DNA from: Lingula anatina
Lineage: Eukaryota > Animalia > Brachiopoda
Direction: 5' to 3'
Assembly: GCA_051362555.1 (NCBI GenBank)
Contig: CM120641.1
Location: forward strand, 42,600,401-42,664,400
DNA: 64,000 nt
In this document: one piece after another, positions 1 through 13,796 of the stretch
Numbering within the stretch: position 1 is the stretch's first letter
How the letters are laid out: each line of letters begins with the position of its first letter
The notes under the pieces: generated by a model
What the model saw: only the letters and a program-made list of their open reading frames with translations
Told to the model about the DNA's origin: nothing
Database searches by the model: none
Translations under genes and position numbers: made by a program

Positions 1-68
1 TAGGGCCATCTGGTTGTTTCTGTACTAAGTAGAACTGCAGGCCAGTTGTTTTGTTTTTCTTTTTACAG

Positions 69-3000
69 ATACCATACAACAGGGTGTATTGCAGGTTTGC
101 ACCAGGCACAAGTGCTAAAGTGCGTGAATTTTTCAACATAAATGAGAGGGACTGCTCTATATATGTGCACAAGGACCTACGAGCTGATTCTGCAAGGACC
201 AGGAATATCAACGTAATGCAATAAAACAAAAAGCTTGAACTAGAAAATTGGTTTAATTCTAGTTTCAGTGTATGAATTGTGCAATATGAAAAAAATTATC
301 ACTACAGATTTTGATTTTGGAAAAGGCAACTTGTTGCTCAGATAAAAGAAATATTTATTTCTGTCTACACCTTTTCCCTCTGTAAAACATTTCAACTGTG
401 ACAGCATGATTTTTTTGTAGAAAAGATTAGCTGTAGCACCATAGCTTAGCTCTAGAAGTGAATTGGCAGTAATGAAAGCTATTAAACATCTAAAAGAGAG
501 AAAATATTTTAGAGTATAAACCATTTGTGTTTTATAAGCAGTCATTTTGCGTTGCTTTTCCTTCATCTTTTGTATAACTAATCTAATGCTTTTCTTTTGG
601 CTTATGTTATATGGGCAGAGCAACCTGTTTATATCTGTTGCTCAAAAATAATTTATATTCTAATGTGATTTTCTGCTTTCTTCCCTCAGTTTTTCATACA
701 AGCCTACGATGGGGGCAACCCAGCACTCTACTCTCTGATCAATGCCCGTGTGAATGTTTTGATAGAGAGGAACAACCACTGCCCACAGTTCAATCCCAAT
801 GGTTACACCACTGGAGCAAACCAGACTGCTTCCAATGGCAGTGCTGTGTATGTGCTGCAGGCTCTTGACAGAGATACTCGCGTAAGTTTAAGAACAATAT
901 CTGGATGTGCATAATAGGATTTAACTTATTTAGGTTATGCCGTGCACAGGAGACCTTTATTTTGGCAAAAAATAGAACGGATTTTCCTAGAAATTTTGGT
1001 AACTTCTTCTAAATCACCAAGGTATACCCTATCCAAAACTGTGGAGAAATTTGCAATCTTTTTATCCCTTTTTTTTAGTTTAGACTTCCAAACGATAACT
1101 CAAATTTTGACACCTATAAGAAAACCAAACCAAGTTTTAATACTGTATATAGCGTATAGGCATACTGTAAAAATGTGGATTAAATACTGTTTCAGTACTT
1201 GTTAATGACACCATGACCTTTTTCCTTCCAGTCTCCTTTCAATACTCTCAGCTATGAGATAATTGGGGATGGGAGAGCACCAGCATTCTTCCACATCAAC
1301 CCTCTGTCTGGTAGAATCTTCCTCAAAGAGAGTTTGCTGCCTGACACAGCCGAGACATACTCAGTAAGTGGTCTCTAAGAGTAGTGTTTTCAGGAAACCA
1401 AACAGGTGTTTGTGTCATTGTCCATGTTAGGTTGATAAATTAGAAACCAATGTATGTGTACACAGTGTAAACTTCGTGTGCAAGTGATGGTGATTTCAGG
1501 TAACTATAAAATTACTGTATTTATTTATGATATTATTTTATGTACAGATGTTAAGCAGTCCATTCACCCATAGTGATTTTCAGTATAAAAAGGGGGTAGC
1601 CATGGAGTAATGGTTAGCCATGGACTAAACAAGCATGTAATGAAAAAAGATTTACTTAGTACATTTCTTATAATTGAATATATAACTCATGATTACATCC
1701 TGTAGGTTCGTGTGGTGGCTAAAGATGGAGCAGTTCCACCTTGCTCGGCCACCACAGTGGTCAGTGTTAGGGTCAGCAGGAATGACCACGCCCCAGTCTT
1801 TGTGGGTTCCCGTTCACTAAACATTACCATACTGGAGACACACAACAGACAGACGCCTATCAATGGAGTGCCTATTACAGCCAATGATATAGACTCTCAG
1901 GTAACTACTGTAATTTGGGATATGGATGAATAAATAGGTTCTTAGGATTGTTGTATATATGTATAACTCTGTGTTTGCAGGTAAATTCAGATTTATTTTT
2001 TCATGAGGTCACAAGTGTTACCTTAAGTGCTTTCCTCTTGTTACAGATATAATATTTACTTTGCTATTTAAATGTTTAATTAATGCATGCAGTCTCAACA
2101 AACACATTAATCAACCTGTAACAGTCACACCTAACACAATGTCATATTGACATAAAGGTCATATTCTCTTTCATTTTGTTTTTGTCTGTTTCAGACACCA
2201 TGGAATGAAGTATACTATGAACTGAGATATCCTGATGCTAATCTGAACTACTTCAGTATGCCAAGCCAGCTAGGATACATCTATGTTTATAGGGACTTGA
2301 TGACAACAGACATAGAGCAGTTCAGGGTGAGTCAATTAATAAGTTATATATTAATGTGTAATGTTATAATGTAAGAAGATGGTACAAATTTGATGTAGAC
2401 CATAAACGAAGTCTGCTAGTTCAGTTCAAACTGTTGAAGTTCTTTTACCAAAAGTAGTATGTCAGTTCACTATTTTTGTTAAATTGTGTGAGGGGCGATG
2501 TGTTAAGGAAAATGTTCGAATTAAAGCAAGGTTGTCTTATTATTCATTTGTCAAATTTTACAATTTTAGTTCACTCTTTGTTGTTACATTCTCATCTTGA
2601 TCTAAATACATGTTACAATGCAGTTCCAAGTTTATGCCAAAGATGGAGGTAATCCTGCCAAGTACAGCGAGTTTCCAGTGCAGGTGACAGTGAACGTGAT
2701 CAGAAACAAGCACACCCCATACTTTCTACAACAGCCATATGTGGCCAATGTCACAGAAAATGTCACGGTCAACACCAGAGTTATCAGAATCGTGGCTATA
2801 GACAGGGACTCCAGTGTAAGTACAGACCGTGGCAATCGTTATACTAAATTTCAGTCAACATAGAAATTGCTACTGACAACATCTCTTGTTGTGTTTGCTC
2901 CTAAAACGCTCAGTAGTTTTCTATGGCATTTTTATAATATGCTCATTTTAAAAACTGTTTAAAAAGTATGTCATGAAATCATTTTGGCATTAAAGAATTA

Positions 3001-6000
3001 TCCATTAAAAACTTGATTGATTTCATAATTCAGACATTTTCTTAGAGTCACATTTTTAAATGTGAAAACACACTTAAACCCCTTAACCATTGTCACAGAT
3101 ACATGTAGTCAAAGCATATATCATTTATTGCATTTACATTTCAGGCATACCCATTCGGCCAGCTGAGGTACACAATAAGTGGAGATGAGGTTGCAGCCAG
3201 TTACTTCTCCATTGATAATAATGGATGGATAACAGTTAAAAACAACCTGAGACTGGACAGTACCAAGGCTTACCAAGTAAGAACTGGGAAAGAGTTTTCA
3301 AAATGATGCTTTTCTTCTTGCAAAAATTTTGAACACTACTTGCAGCTGAGGTAAAAAAAAAAATGGTCAAAGACTTTTTTGTCATGCTCTGTATCAAATT
3401 GCTGATGGTCTTGAAAGTTTTACATGCAACTAACAATAATAATGATTATTATTATCAATCCAAAACTTTTTCACAATATTTGAAAATTGGGTACAGAACT
3501 TATGGAAAGTAATAATACAATATGTGAATGTTATTGATACTTTTTTCTCTCCAGTTCCAAGTGTATGTGTGTGACGGTGGTATTCCTCCCAAGTGTAACA
3601 ACACCCTAGTCAGGATAAATGTGGGTCGAAACTTCAACCCACCAGAGTTAAGACCATGCGACAGTAGTGGCTTCTCCTTCTCTGTGAAAGAGATTGTCAC
3701 CGTTGGGGCACCTGTTGGAAGAATTTGCTATTATGATGCAGACAGCCAGGTGAGGAATTTTTATGCTCTTCATGTTAACATTGCACTACAGAAACCTGAT
3801 TGACAGATTAACTGCACTTTTTGCGAGACATCTTTCACAAACATAAGTAAAGCCTCTTTTTTTCATACGCAAAAAATGTTTTATTCAAGGTTTAGAGTAC
3901 TTTGGGGTTAGAATTTCTATTAAGTCTTATATGTTTTTCTCTTTTTAGCCCCCTAACAATGAAGTGAAGTTCCAAGTAATTGGAGGTAACAGCCAGTATT
4001 GTTTCCTGGTTAGAGAAGACAGTGGTGTCATCTTTTTAAATACTTCACTACTCCAGGAGGCCTGCAACAGAGATGTGTACATTGTGAGTTATGGTTTCTC
4101 TGAAAATGTATTTCTACTGCTTTATTACATGTAATTTCTTCCACTGGTAATATAGTTACTGACAGATGCAGTTATTGACTTTTTGTTATAAGTACAGTAA
4201 TATATACTTTTTACATTTAGATTATTTGGTAGACAGAATAACTTTGGGTTTTGATGTTGCAAAAGATTCCAAGGTTTCATTTTTTTTTAAATCACATTTG
4301 TCGAACTTTTTGATTTTAACACATAAAAAACATCTATATATTTTGACAACTGTCAGTTTTGGCTTGCGATCTGTGCTGTAGCCCCTTGTGTCTGCCAGTG
4401 TAAAAGGAAGTAATCTGCAATCCTTGAAATTAAACAGTCATCAGTTAAGATGAATTAAGAGTTGAGTGTTAAAAACATGCTTTTTGTTTAAATGTTCAGG
4501 TCCTGATAATTCACACGTGTCTGATACCATTTCAGCTTAGGGTGCGTGCTGTTGACTTAGGCGTGCCAGCAAGAACCAGTCAGACTATCAATGTGACCCT
4601 GAATGTCCAAAGGAACTATCACCCCCCTTACTTCCTCAACCTTCCACACAACATCACCAATTTAGCTGTGGATACCAGGGTGAACACTCTGATCTACACT
4701 GTGCAATCTAGGGATAATGACACACATGTAAGTGCACTTGTTGTTAAATGAAAATTTTGTATAAAGCTTCTTTTAAAATCCAAAATGGGGCTGTCACTTA
4801 GTGGAATGTGTATAATCAAATGTTTCTTAAATGTATGCTAAAATGACACTGGGTTTTATTTCTAGAAAAAAAACAATAATTATGCCAGCATTTATTTAGT
4901 TTGAATTGCTCTCCTCAAAGAATTAAACCCTTCATAGTATTGAATTTTGCTTTAATGTTTAAGAACTTATACCATAAAATTGAAAGGTTTTATTTTAAAT
5001 GAGCATTTTAATTTTTTGTTTTCAGACTCCATTCAATGACATATCATATTTCCTAATTGGAGATGACTCTGCCCTATCTTACTTTAATCTGGACCAGTCA
5101 TCTGGTATTATTTCTCTCAGGAGAGATCTGACCAGTGACTCAAACCAGTTCTACAGGGTAAGTATTTTATTGTCTCACTTTGCATATTCAATGTCTTTTC
5201 TCACACAGTTTTAGTTCTCACCTAATAGATACAGAATATTGACCAATTTTTATCAAAACTTTTGCCTGGATGATGTATCTGCAGTAGTGCTGTCTGGACT
5301 AAATCCTTTTCTTTAATATTTTTGCCCAACACAATGTCTCACCTAACACACTCAAAGCATTGCATCATCATACACAGTTATTGTACTATGTGATTTTAAA
5401 CAATTTTACTGCATCATAAATATGTTTTTCCTATTTGAATACCTTACCATCACTTCTTATTGTGGCCATATTTCTTACATTTTCTATGATAGGCATAACT
5501 TAAGAAAAGTGAAAACAGAATATCATTTACATTACAATATGGAATAGACGAGTTGTTTAAATGTAGTTCATGGTGTTTTCAGTTGCGTGTGATAGCAGTA
5601 GACGGTGGATTGCCCCCCAAACAGTTCACTGCCACTGGAACTATTGACATCTCCCTGAAGATGAACATCCATGCTCCCATCATACAACCCACCACCTACA
5701 CTGCCAACATTACTGAGGACCATGATGTGGATGAAAGCATTGGGATTGTCATCACTGCTACAGATCAGGATATCAGGGTAAATAAATAAATAGATAAGTG
5801 AATAAATAGCCAATTTCCCAGTCAAGCTGAAACACACAGAATTGAACAATGTTTGAAACAGATATGAATATTGTGTAAGATTAAATCAAAAAGTTTAGAT
5901 GAATATTGTTTGTCAATAACATGTTATTTAAGAAACTATCGATAATAAACTAGATACAGTACTCCAAATCAAGTTGTTTTAACTCCCTCTATTTATTCTG

Positions 6001-6892
6001 TCAGTTGAACTTCTTAAGCTACCATAAATTAAGTATATTTAATGCATTGCTAATAGACAAGTTATATACAATATCTCCATTATTTATGATATTATGTGAT
6101 GACTTATTTGTTCAGTTTTTGATTTTGCATATTTACAGAGGCCAGAAAATGAAGTGCAGTATGAAATTTTGGGAGGCCATGAGTACTTTGGAATCAATGC
6201 ATCCACAGGCGTGATTTATGTCAAGAAATGGCTGCGCAAGGACTCCACAGAAACAGGAGTATACACAGTGCGTATTGAGAACTGTTATTAGTACTTCATA
6301 TCAATATACTTCACATAAAACCATTCTTTATTTGTAAATTAAAGATGTTTACATTGACCCATGGAACCAGTCAGTTTCCCTGGTTTACTAGGATGATATA
6401 AAAGATAAGAAAGAATAGTTATATCACTTATACATTTTAAAAACTAATATCAAATTGTAAGTTTATAATTGGCATGTTTTAAGATCAGTTTTCTGTGTAT
6501 TATAAAATAACAGTTAAAGAAATATTGTTACAAACAAAATATTAAGGTATGCAGTTACTGTATGAGTATTTTTTATGACTTTAAAATGTAAAGATATATT
6601 TTTTGTTAAGGTCTTGCGGTTCATTACAACAAGTTTCCTAATTAGAAGTAGAATGTGGTGATATATAGTATCAATATTGATCAAAATCCTTCTCTTTTTT
6701 CAGTTCCTGGTCACCGCTTATGACAAGGGCTACCCACGTAAACAAAGTCAGATTCCTGCCAGAGTGATAGTTTATGTGATACGTGAAAGGCAGTGTCCTC
6801 AGTTTAACATCACAGACTACTCTGGCAGTGTAGACGTCACAGCACAGCCAGGAACCTTTGTACTCCAAGTGCAAGCTGAAGATGTTGGTGGG
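69..6892 (+). CDS. Cadherin exons 1-14 of window (EC array, monomer-type repeats)
   Basis: Exons 69-212, 690-881, 1232-1363, 1706-1900, 2195-2326, 2624-2815, 3145-3276, 3555-3749, 3949-4083, 4536-4727, 5026-5157, 5583-5777, 6139-6267, 6704-6892. All are multiples of 3 with AG/GT flanks, e.g. FFIQAYDGGNPALYSLINARVNVLIERNNHCPQF and SPFNTLSYEIIGDGRAPAFFHINPLSGRIFL. Confidence 0.9.
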
Positions 6893-9800
6893 GTAAGTCT
6901 TACATGTAAGAAAGGGCCCAGTTGCACTTCAGGCTGAAGGCAGGAGGAGGTACCGAATAATTTTTGTCTTGGAAAAGGTCCACTCTTAGTTAAATTTTGA
7001 TCTAGGTTTTATGTTATACTGAAGTGCATGTAGGTTTTGTGGTAAAGAGGTCCACTTTTTGAGAAAAAGACACCCCCAACTGAAATCATGGCTACAGGCC
7101 TATGTTATGATCAGCAGTGATGAGTAATGTTTGTTGTTGCAAATAGAAGAATTTTGTCCTTTACTGTAATTTTGATATGAAAAATTGCAAGAAAATTGAA
7201 AGAAAACCAAATTATTGAAAGTGCCTGTTTTATGAAGGCATGGCTTTTTAAAAAAATATTTCCATGATTGTTTTTCAGACTGGTGGCATTGACTACACAA
7301 TTATTGGAGATGATGCTGCACCTAATGTCTTCCAAATTGACCAGACTACAGGAAGGGTTTCAACCAAAGAAGGCCTTGCTTCTGACAACAGTGTGAAATA
7401 TCAGGTAAAAGACTATATAATTGTGACATAACAAACAAAATTAATAAATAGAAACCTGACACATACAGCCAATCTTGATTAATTTCCATGAATGATTTCA
7501 CATACATTATTCTAGTTATTCTAATGATATTTAAGTACATGTATCTGCAGCATTGCTTTATTAAATCAAGAGATATGAAAATACACTTGATATCTGTAAC
7601 TTAACTCCTATAAAATGTCAAAACTTTTGATACAAATTTAGCTGCAATTAGTTTCAACTTTTTACTGCAAATTGGTAAGAACCAATTCAAAAATGGCAAT
7701 TAACAGTTTTTTTTACCTTCTATTTTCAGCTCCGTATCCAAGCCAGCAATCGTGCTGTTGTTCCGTGCACCACAAACATTGTCATCAACATTGGTGTTCT
7801 ACGTAACTTCCATAGACCAGTTTTCCAGGAGCTAACATACCAGACCACCATCTTGGAGACCCATCCTGTCAATTCCCCTATCCCTGGTATCAGGCTCAAT
7901 GCTACAGATAAGGATGAAGTTGTTAGTATGAATGACAAAATATGTACTTTTCTCTTTAACATATTTTTCCTATTTTAGATGCTATTAATTATTGAGGTAA
8001 AAGACTGTATATGTTGCATAGTATTTGATGCCAGAGTTTAAGAATCAGAGCAGCTTGGTGATAAGAAAGAAAAGTGGATAATTAGGTATCTGTAGTAAAT
8101 GAAAATATGAAAAGCTGTGAATTAACTGGTTTCCAAATGTGGTAGTAATTGCACAAATTATTTTTGTCAAACATTAATCCTAACTCCGAGTACAGTAAGC
8201 TTTCCCCAATATAATGTTATTATAATGAATATGACAAATTAAGTATACTGTGCAGTCAACATAAAAACATTTTTATCTTATTCACATATAATCCAGTATT
8301 GAAAGATAATTTAACTTTTTCATTTAGAGACCAGACAGTATTGTCGTCTATTCCTTGGTGGACTCTCCAGATGCCAGATTTTTTGAGCTGGATGAAGAAC
8401 TAGGTGTTCTCTCTCTTAAACAGTCAATTTGGGGCTTTACCAAGACCAGATATGTGGTATGTCTGCTTGGACATTTGATTGCAATTTTTACAGGGAACCA
8501 CACCTATCATTTCACCATGACTGCCACAATTCTGTGATAAATAAATTGATCCATATTAAGCAGTGCAAGTTTGACACACTAAAATATGACATAAAAACTA
8601 AATTTTGCAAATGCACTTAAATATGTCATACTAAGAGGATTGATATTTAGCACAGTGTAAATATGAATTTCATTGACCTGTCATGCTCAATATCCCCTAC
8701 CACATTGTCACTAATATTTTAACAATTTGTGAAATGTTTTGCACTGTCTCATATGACTTAATAATGTAGCATTTCATAAAAAAATCATTATCACAAACCC
8801 ATGTGTATATTATAGTTCACTGCCACTGCGAAAGACAAAGGGAACCCACCCCAGACCAGCCGTTTTACAGCCCAGATCACAGTGAATGTTCTGAGGAACA
8901 GCCACCCACCTGTGATAGACACAAACAGGGACTACGTGATCACCATACCTGACACCACACCTGTGAATACCCAGGTCATCAGGGTGGAAGCAACTGACAA
9001 TGATACTAGGGTGAGTTACACACATGGCATTGACACTAGGGTGAGGTAGGCATGTGGTGTTGATACCAGGGTGGGTTAGACACATGACATTGACAACTGA
9101 TTAACATTTACTTGACAATATGATTAAAAATGTTTGTATCTCAGTGCTTTTTTAGATTTGTTGGTGTGTTTATTTTGCAAGTATTATCTCTTGTGTACAA
9201 TAAAATTATGCAGTAAAGATTTATATTTGCAATGAACATTAATAACATAGATCTAACCAATACAGTTGTTTTGAAAGTTAAATTGGTTTATTTTTGACCT
9301 TTTTTCCAGCCTGAGTTTTCCACCATTGGCTGGGAAGTTGTTGGCAGTGCCAGTTCTGCTTTATATTTCACTATAGATCAGAATGGCTGGGTGAGAGTGA
9401 AGAAAAATCTACAGGAGACTCCGCAAATTAACTTCCTAGTAAGTTTTTTATATGTAGGTAATACAACACATACTTTTTGTCGGATTGTCCATTTCACACT
9501 TTTCATGTCCTATATTCAAATGAGAAAAGGTTTATAGAAGTGTATGGGCACATGCATGCACATGTACATGTATGCATGCTCATGCAACCACACATGCACA
9601 CACACACAATACATTGATTTGCTTTTGCCATTACTTGCTGGACTAGTGTTCAAGGACCAGTTTCAGTTTTAAAGGGATTTTTACATAGATGGTGTATGAA
9701 AGGCAAAATCTGTTCTCCATACAAGTGATATTAACAGAAGGTATAAAATATACCCAGTGTTTTTTTCTGTATGAGTCATAATATTGACAAGAAAACAAAA

Positions 9801-12800
9801 AAATGCAGTTTTCTTCTTATAAAAAGGTTTTTTATTATTGGAGTAGTTATTGAAAGATAAATTGTGATTCTTCTATCAGGTGCTAGTGAGGGCATATGAC
9901 AGTGGTCTCCCAGCCAAGGAGGCTATGGCTGATGTCCGTATCATAGTTGACCATAACCATGACCGACCAGTCTGGAGACAGTCATCCTTCAGCCACAGGA
10001 TACTGGAGACACAGGAAACACATGAAACCTTACTCACTGTTCTGGCTGAGGATTCCAGTGCTCTGGTGGGTTTTTGAAAAAAAGTTTTTTTTTGGATTAA
10101 AGGGATAACAATATAAACTTTTTATTTATTTATTTTTTTTTTGCCAGAAAAAGTGTCATAAAATGGATTTTTCTGGGATAATTCTTGATTTTCCCATAAT
10201 TTTCTATGGTTAATGAATCCGTTCCAACATTCAAAGTTAGTGGATTGGTTGTTTTAAAAAACTATGTTTTAAGAGATTATTATGGAGGGTAGCCATCTAT
10301 GAAGGACCATGTGGTCTGATACAGATTTCAGAATAATTGCGATAATCGTCATTTTGGTTCTAAAATAGATTTTATTTCATTTTTATGTGTTGTTTACAAT
10401 GAATTTACGTGGAATTTTGAATCTCATATTATGAAGAGCTGTCATCCCTTCAATAACACTCTGTGATGCAAGCATTGGCTCCTTGCTTAATGCTAGTAAA
10501 ATTGAAGCCGGGGCAGTAAAATTTTGTAAATTTGATCAGTTACTTGCAACCAAATCTGCTTTGTGTCAGCTGATTCTTAGACCCTGGTAAGGACCATGCA
10601 GTGAGATTTTTTTGGTATACACTATAAAAGGAGTACTATTGAAGGATTTATTAATTATCTTTTCTCCAGCCTCCATTCAATGAAGTAGAATACAAAGTGA
10701 TAGGCAGAGACCAGCAGGCCATAGACTACTTCGGTATGGAAGGAAGAAGCCTGTATCTGAGGAAATCTCTGAATGGGATCAATCCAAGAATAGACAACTT
10801 TGTGGTAAGTGTGAACATGAAAAACCATAGTAGGCTAAACTGACAAAATTCATTGCCTGGGCATTTTAAGATATTTAAATAGTTCAGCCTATTCTGTAAG
10901 ATTTAATAAGACTTATAATACATAGTCACAACACATTGTGTAATGTGTATTTGTCCAATACATGTTACCCAAAAATGCCTTTATTTTAAAGTCTCAAAAG
11001 ACTGGTATTAAACCTCCTACATTTGAATTCAAGCCATGTACATGTATAGTTAGAGATCATTTGAAACATACTCCATACTTAAAGTTAGTAACAATATTTT
11101 ATAACATTTAACTTACTATTATAGATTGAGATCCTTGCCTATGACAAGGGAACTCCCAGCAAGAATGCTTCCACTGTGGCCACAGTGAATATGGGGGTAG
11201 ATTATAATTTGTACCCACCAGAGTTCCTGGGAGAACCATACTCTGTTAATGTGTCCACAGACTCTTCCGGGGCCGTTTTCCAGATCAGGACCAGAGATAA
11301 TGACACTGTGGTATGTTTTTATATTAGTTTAGTTGTGTTTTATCTCATGACTTTGTGTCAATAGACCAAATGGACAATTTAACCAAGTCAGCACAATTTT
11401 TATGTACAGATACAGCATAGTGTCTGTACATATAACAGCCATTTGAGTCTGTCTTCAATGCTGGAGCAGGAAGTGTGCTCGCCTTGTAAGCTCAGTAACT
11501 GGGAAGTCAATGCTGTCTTGCTTCATACTCACGGGTTATTCATTGCACTAAAATACAACTAGTAAGAGTTATTATGGACATGATCCTGTTAATTTTTCTT
11601 TTTGTAATTTTGGCCATATTTTCACTAGAAGTTTGAGGCTGGCTTGATAAAGGCTCAAGCTTATATATTGCTTAAAATTTATTATTTTAGTGGTATTTTT
11701 TTTTTTTTTTCATTGTATTATATTGCATATGTTTGTTATTCCAGATCCCATTCAATCGAACAACATACGAAATGACAGGCATTTATAACACTCCTGACTA
11801 CTTTGGAATCAATCCACTGACAGGAGTGATCAGCCTTAAACCTGGTGTAGTGTTGTCTAGAATTGATGAGAAGAAATTTGTAGTATGTATTCATCTTTTC
11901 ATATCTTGTTTGTTGAAAACTTAAGCTTGGACTGACTTTAGCCATTCAAAATGTTTGATAAATAATGAAATCAGGGCTTCATTTGGTGTTCTGGTCTTTA
12001 GTAAATAAGATTATGAAGGATATATGAAATCAGCAAAACTACTGTAACCTAAAGAAGAGAAGAAGAGAGATAATTAAGTGCAATATTTATGTGTGTTAGA
12101 AATGCATTCTACTGGAGGATGCAGGCTTATAGAGTACCAGAAATGGCCTTATTTGGCGTCTTTTCCACCACTTTTGGGACAGGGGGCTAAAACAGCCTCT
12201 TTGTACATTTTTGAAATTTGCCTATACTAGGGCTTCCTAGATCAATCTCTTTATAATGCTATGACAAATGCATAGCCATGTTCATCCAAAGATTATGCAT
12301 GTGGTTGATGTTATCTTTTGTTTTCCAGGCTGTCATTGTTGTTCGAGATGGAGGCAAACACCAGAGCCAGAAGACTGCTGAAACTACTGTAGAGATCAAT
12401 GTGGTTTGTGGGGGTCAGGGTCCTTACTTCCCCTCCAGTATTGCCCGTCTCATCACGCTGTCAGAGGACAGGGGCAATGGACTGGTCCACACGGTCACTG
12501 CTCAACACTTCACTCAGGTAGGCTGACCAGCCACTTCAGTGATATTTGAAGGTGTTTTGTGAATTATCATGCAGTTTATGGTTTCATTTAACCCATATTT
12601 TTAGTATTAAATCAGAACGTAAGAGAAGCCTCAAAACTCAATTTGAATACTTAAATAAGCGGAGTCACTTTGAAATAGTTTTATGTTTTTTTATGATTTA
12701 ATTTAACTGATTTATGCATTTTGATTTTATTTAACCCAATTTTACTATTAATTTATCTGATTTCTTTCAGTCCACTGACAACACTCTTGTGTACAGGAAG

Positions 12801-13747
12801 TCCGGTTCTGGGTCAGCAACACAGTATTTCATTGTCAATTCCGGCAATGGTGAGATCACCCTGATCAGATCTTTGAAGCTTTCCACTGATCCTTTCATGC
12901 AGGTATGTACAAATTTGCTTAGTACTTTAATATCTTCGCCATCTCATGTAATACAGAATTCATTAGAGACATCAATGACAAACCTAATGCATATTTGCAT
13001 TATTGATTTATATTAAATTTACCCTGCAAAGGCTTCTTTTCTTTTTGCCAAATTCAATTTTTTTTTTTTTGAGATTTTATGATTTTATTTTAACCAGCTT
13101 ATCTGCATGATTGACAAGAGTAAAACTTGGATATTGTTCAGTCAAAAAGGGAAAGTCTTGCCTGTAAAAAAAATATTGCAAATGCACCAATTTTAGGTGT
13201 CATAAATTCTTCTGCTGAAGTCCTCTTTCTCTGTGCACCCTGGTTATTGTGGTAAGAGCAAGGTAAAGCTGCTATCTGAAGTTACATATACCTTTATTTT
13301 CTTCATTGTTTTACATTTTTTCACAAAAAGATGTTGCTTTTTTTATTCAGCTGACCATAGAAGCTGAAGACCAGTGTGGCAGAATTGCCACCATCCAGTT
13401 GCATATCCAGATTGATCGTGGGACCACAGGAGACGGAATCAGCTTCATTGGGGCTCCGTACATTGTCAACATCACTGAGGCACAGGCCATTAATGAGACA
13501 CTGTTTACAGCCAATGCTGGGGTAGGGCTCTCTAAAGATGCACTGTCACATCTAGTGCATTGTCAGACTTATTACACTCTCTTCTATTTTCAGTGAAACT
13601 TATATCATACTACATCTTTAATTAACGTGGAGATAGTTGATGAGACTCTGTTTATGGCAAGAAGTAAAGTAGAATCCTATTTTTATTCAAAATTCACTCT
13701 TTACCCTTAAAGTGTTTCCTTCTTTGACCGGCAGCAGCAGCATTACA

Positions 13748-13796
<49 letters not shown>

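Noticed and set aside
9001-9095. CRISPR-like array
   Set aside because: Eukaryotic intron with contiguous tandem units and no unique spacers or cas genes.
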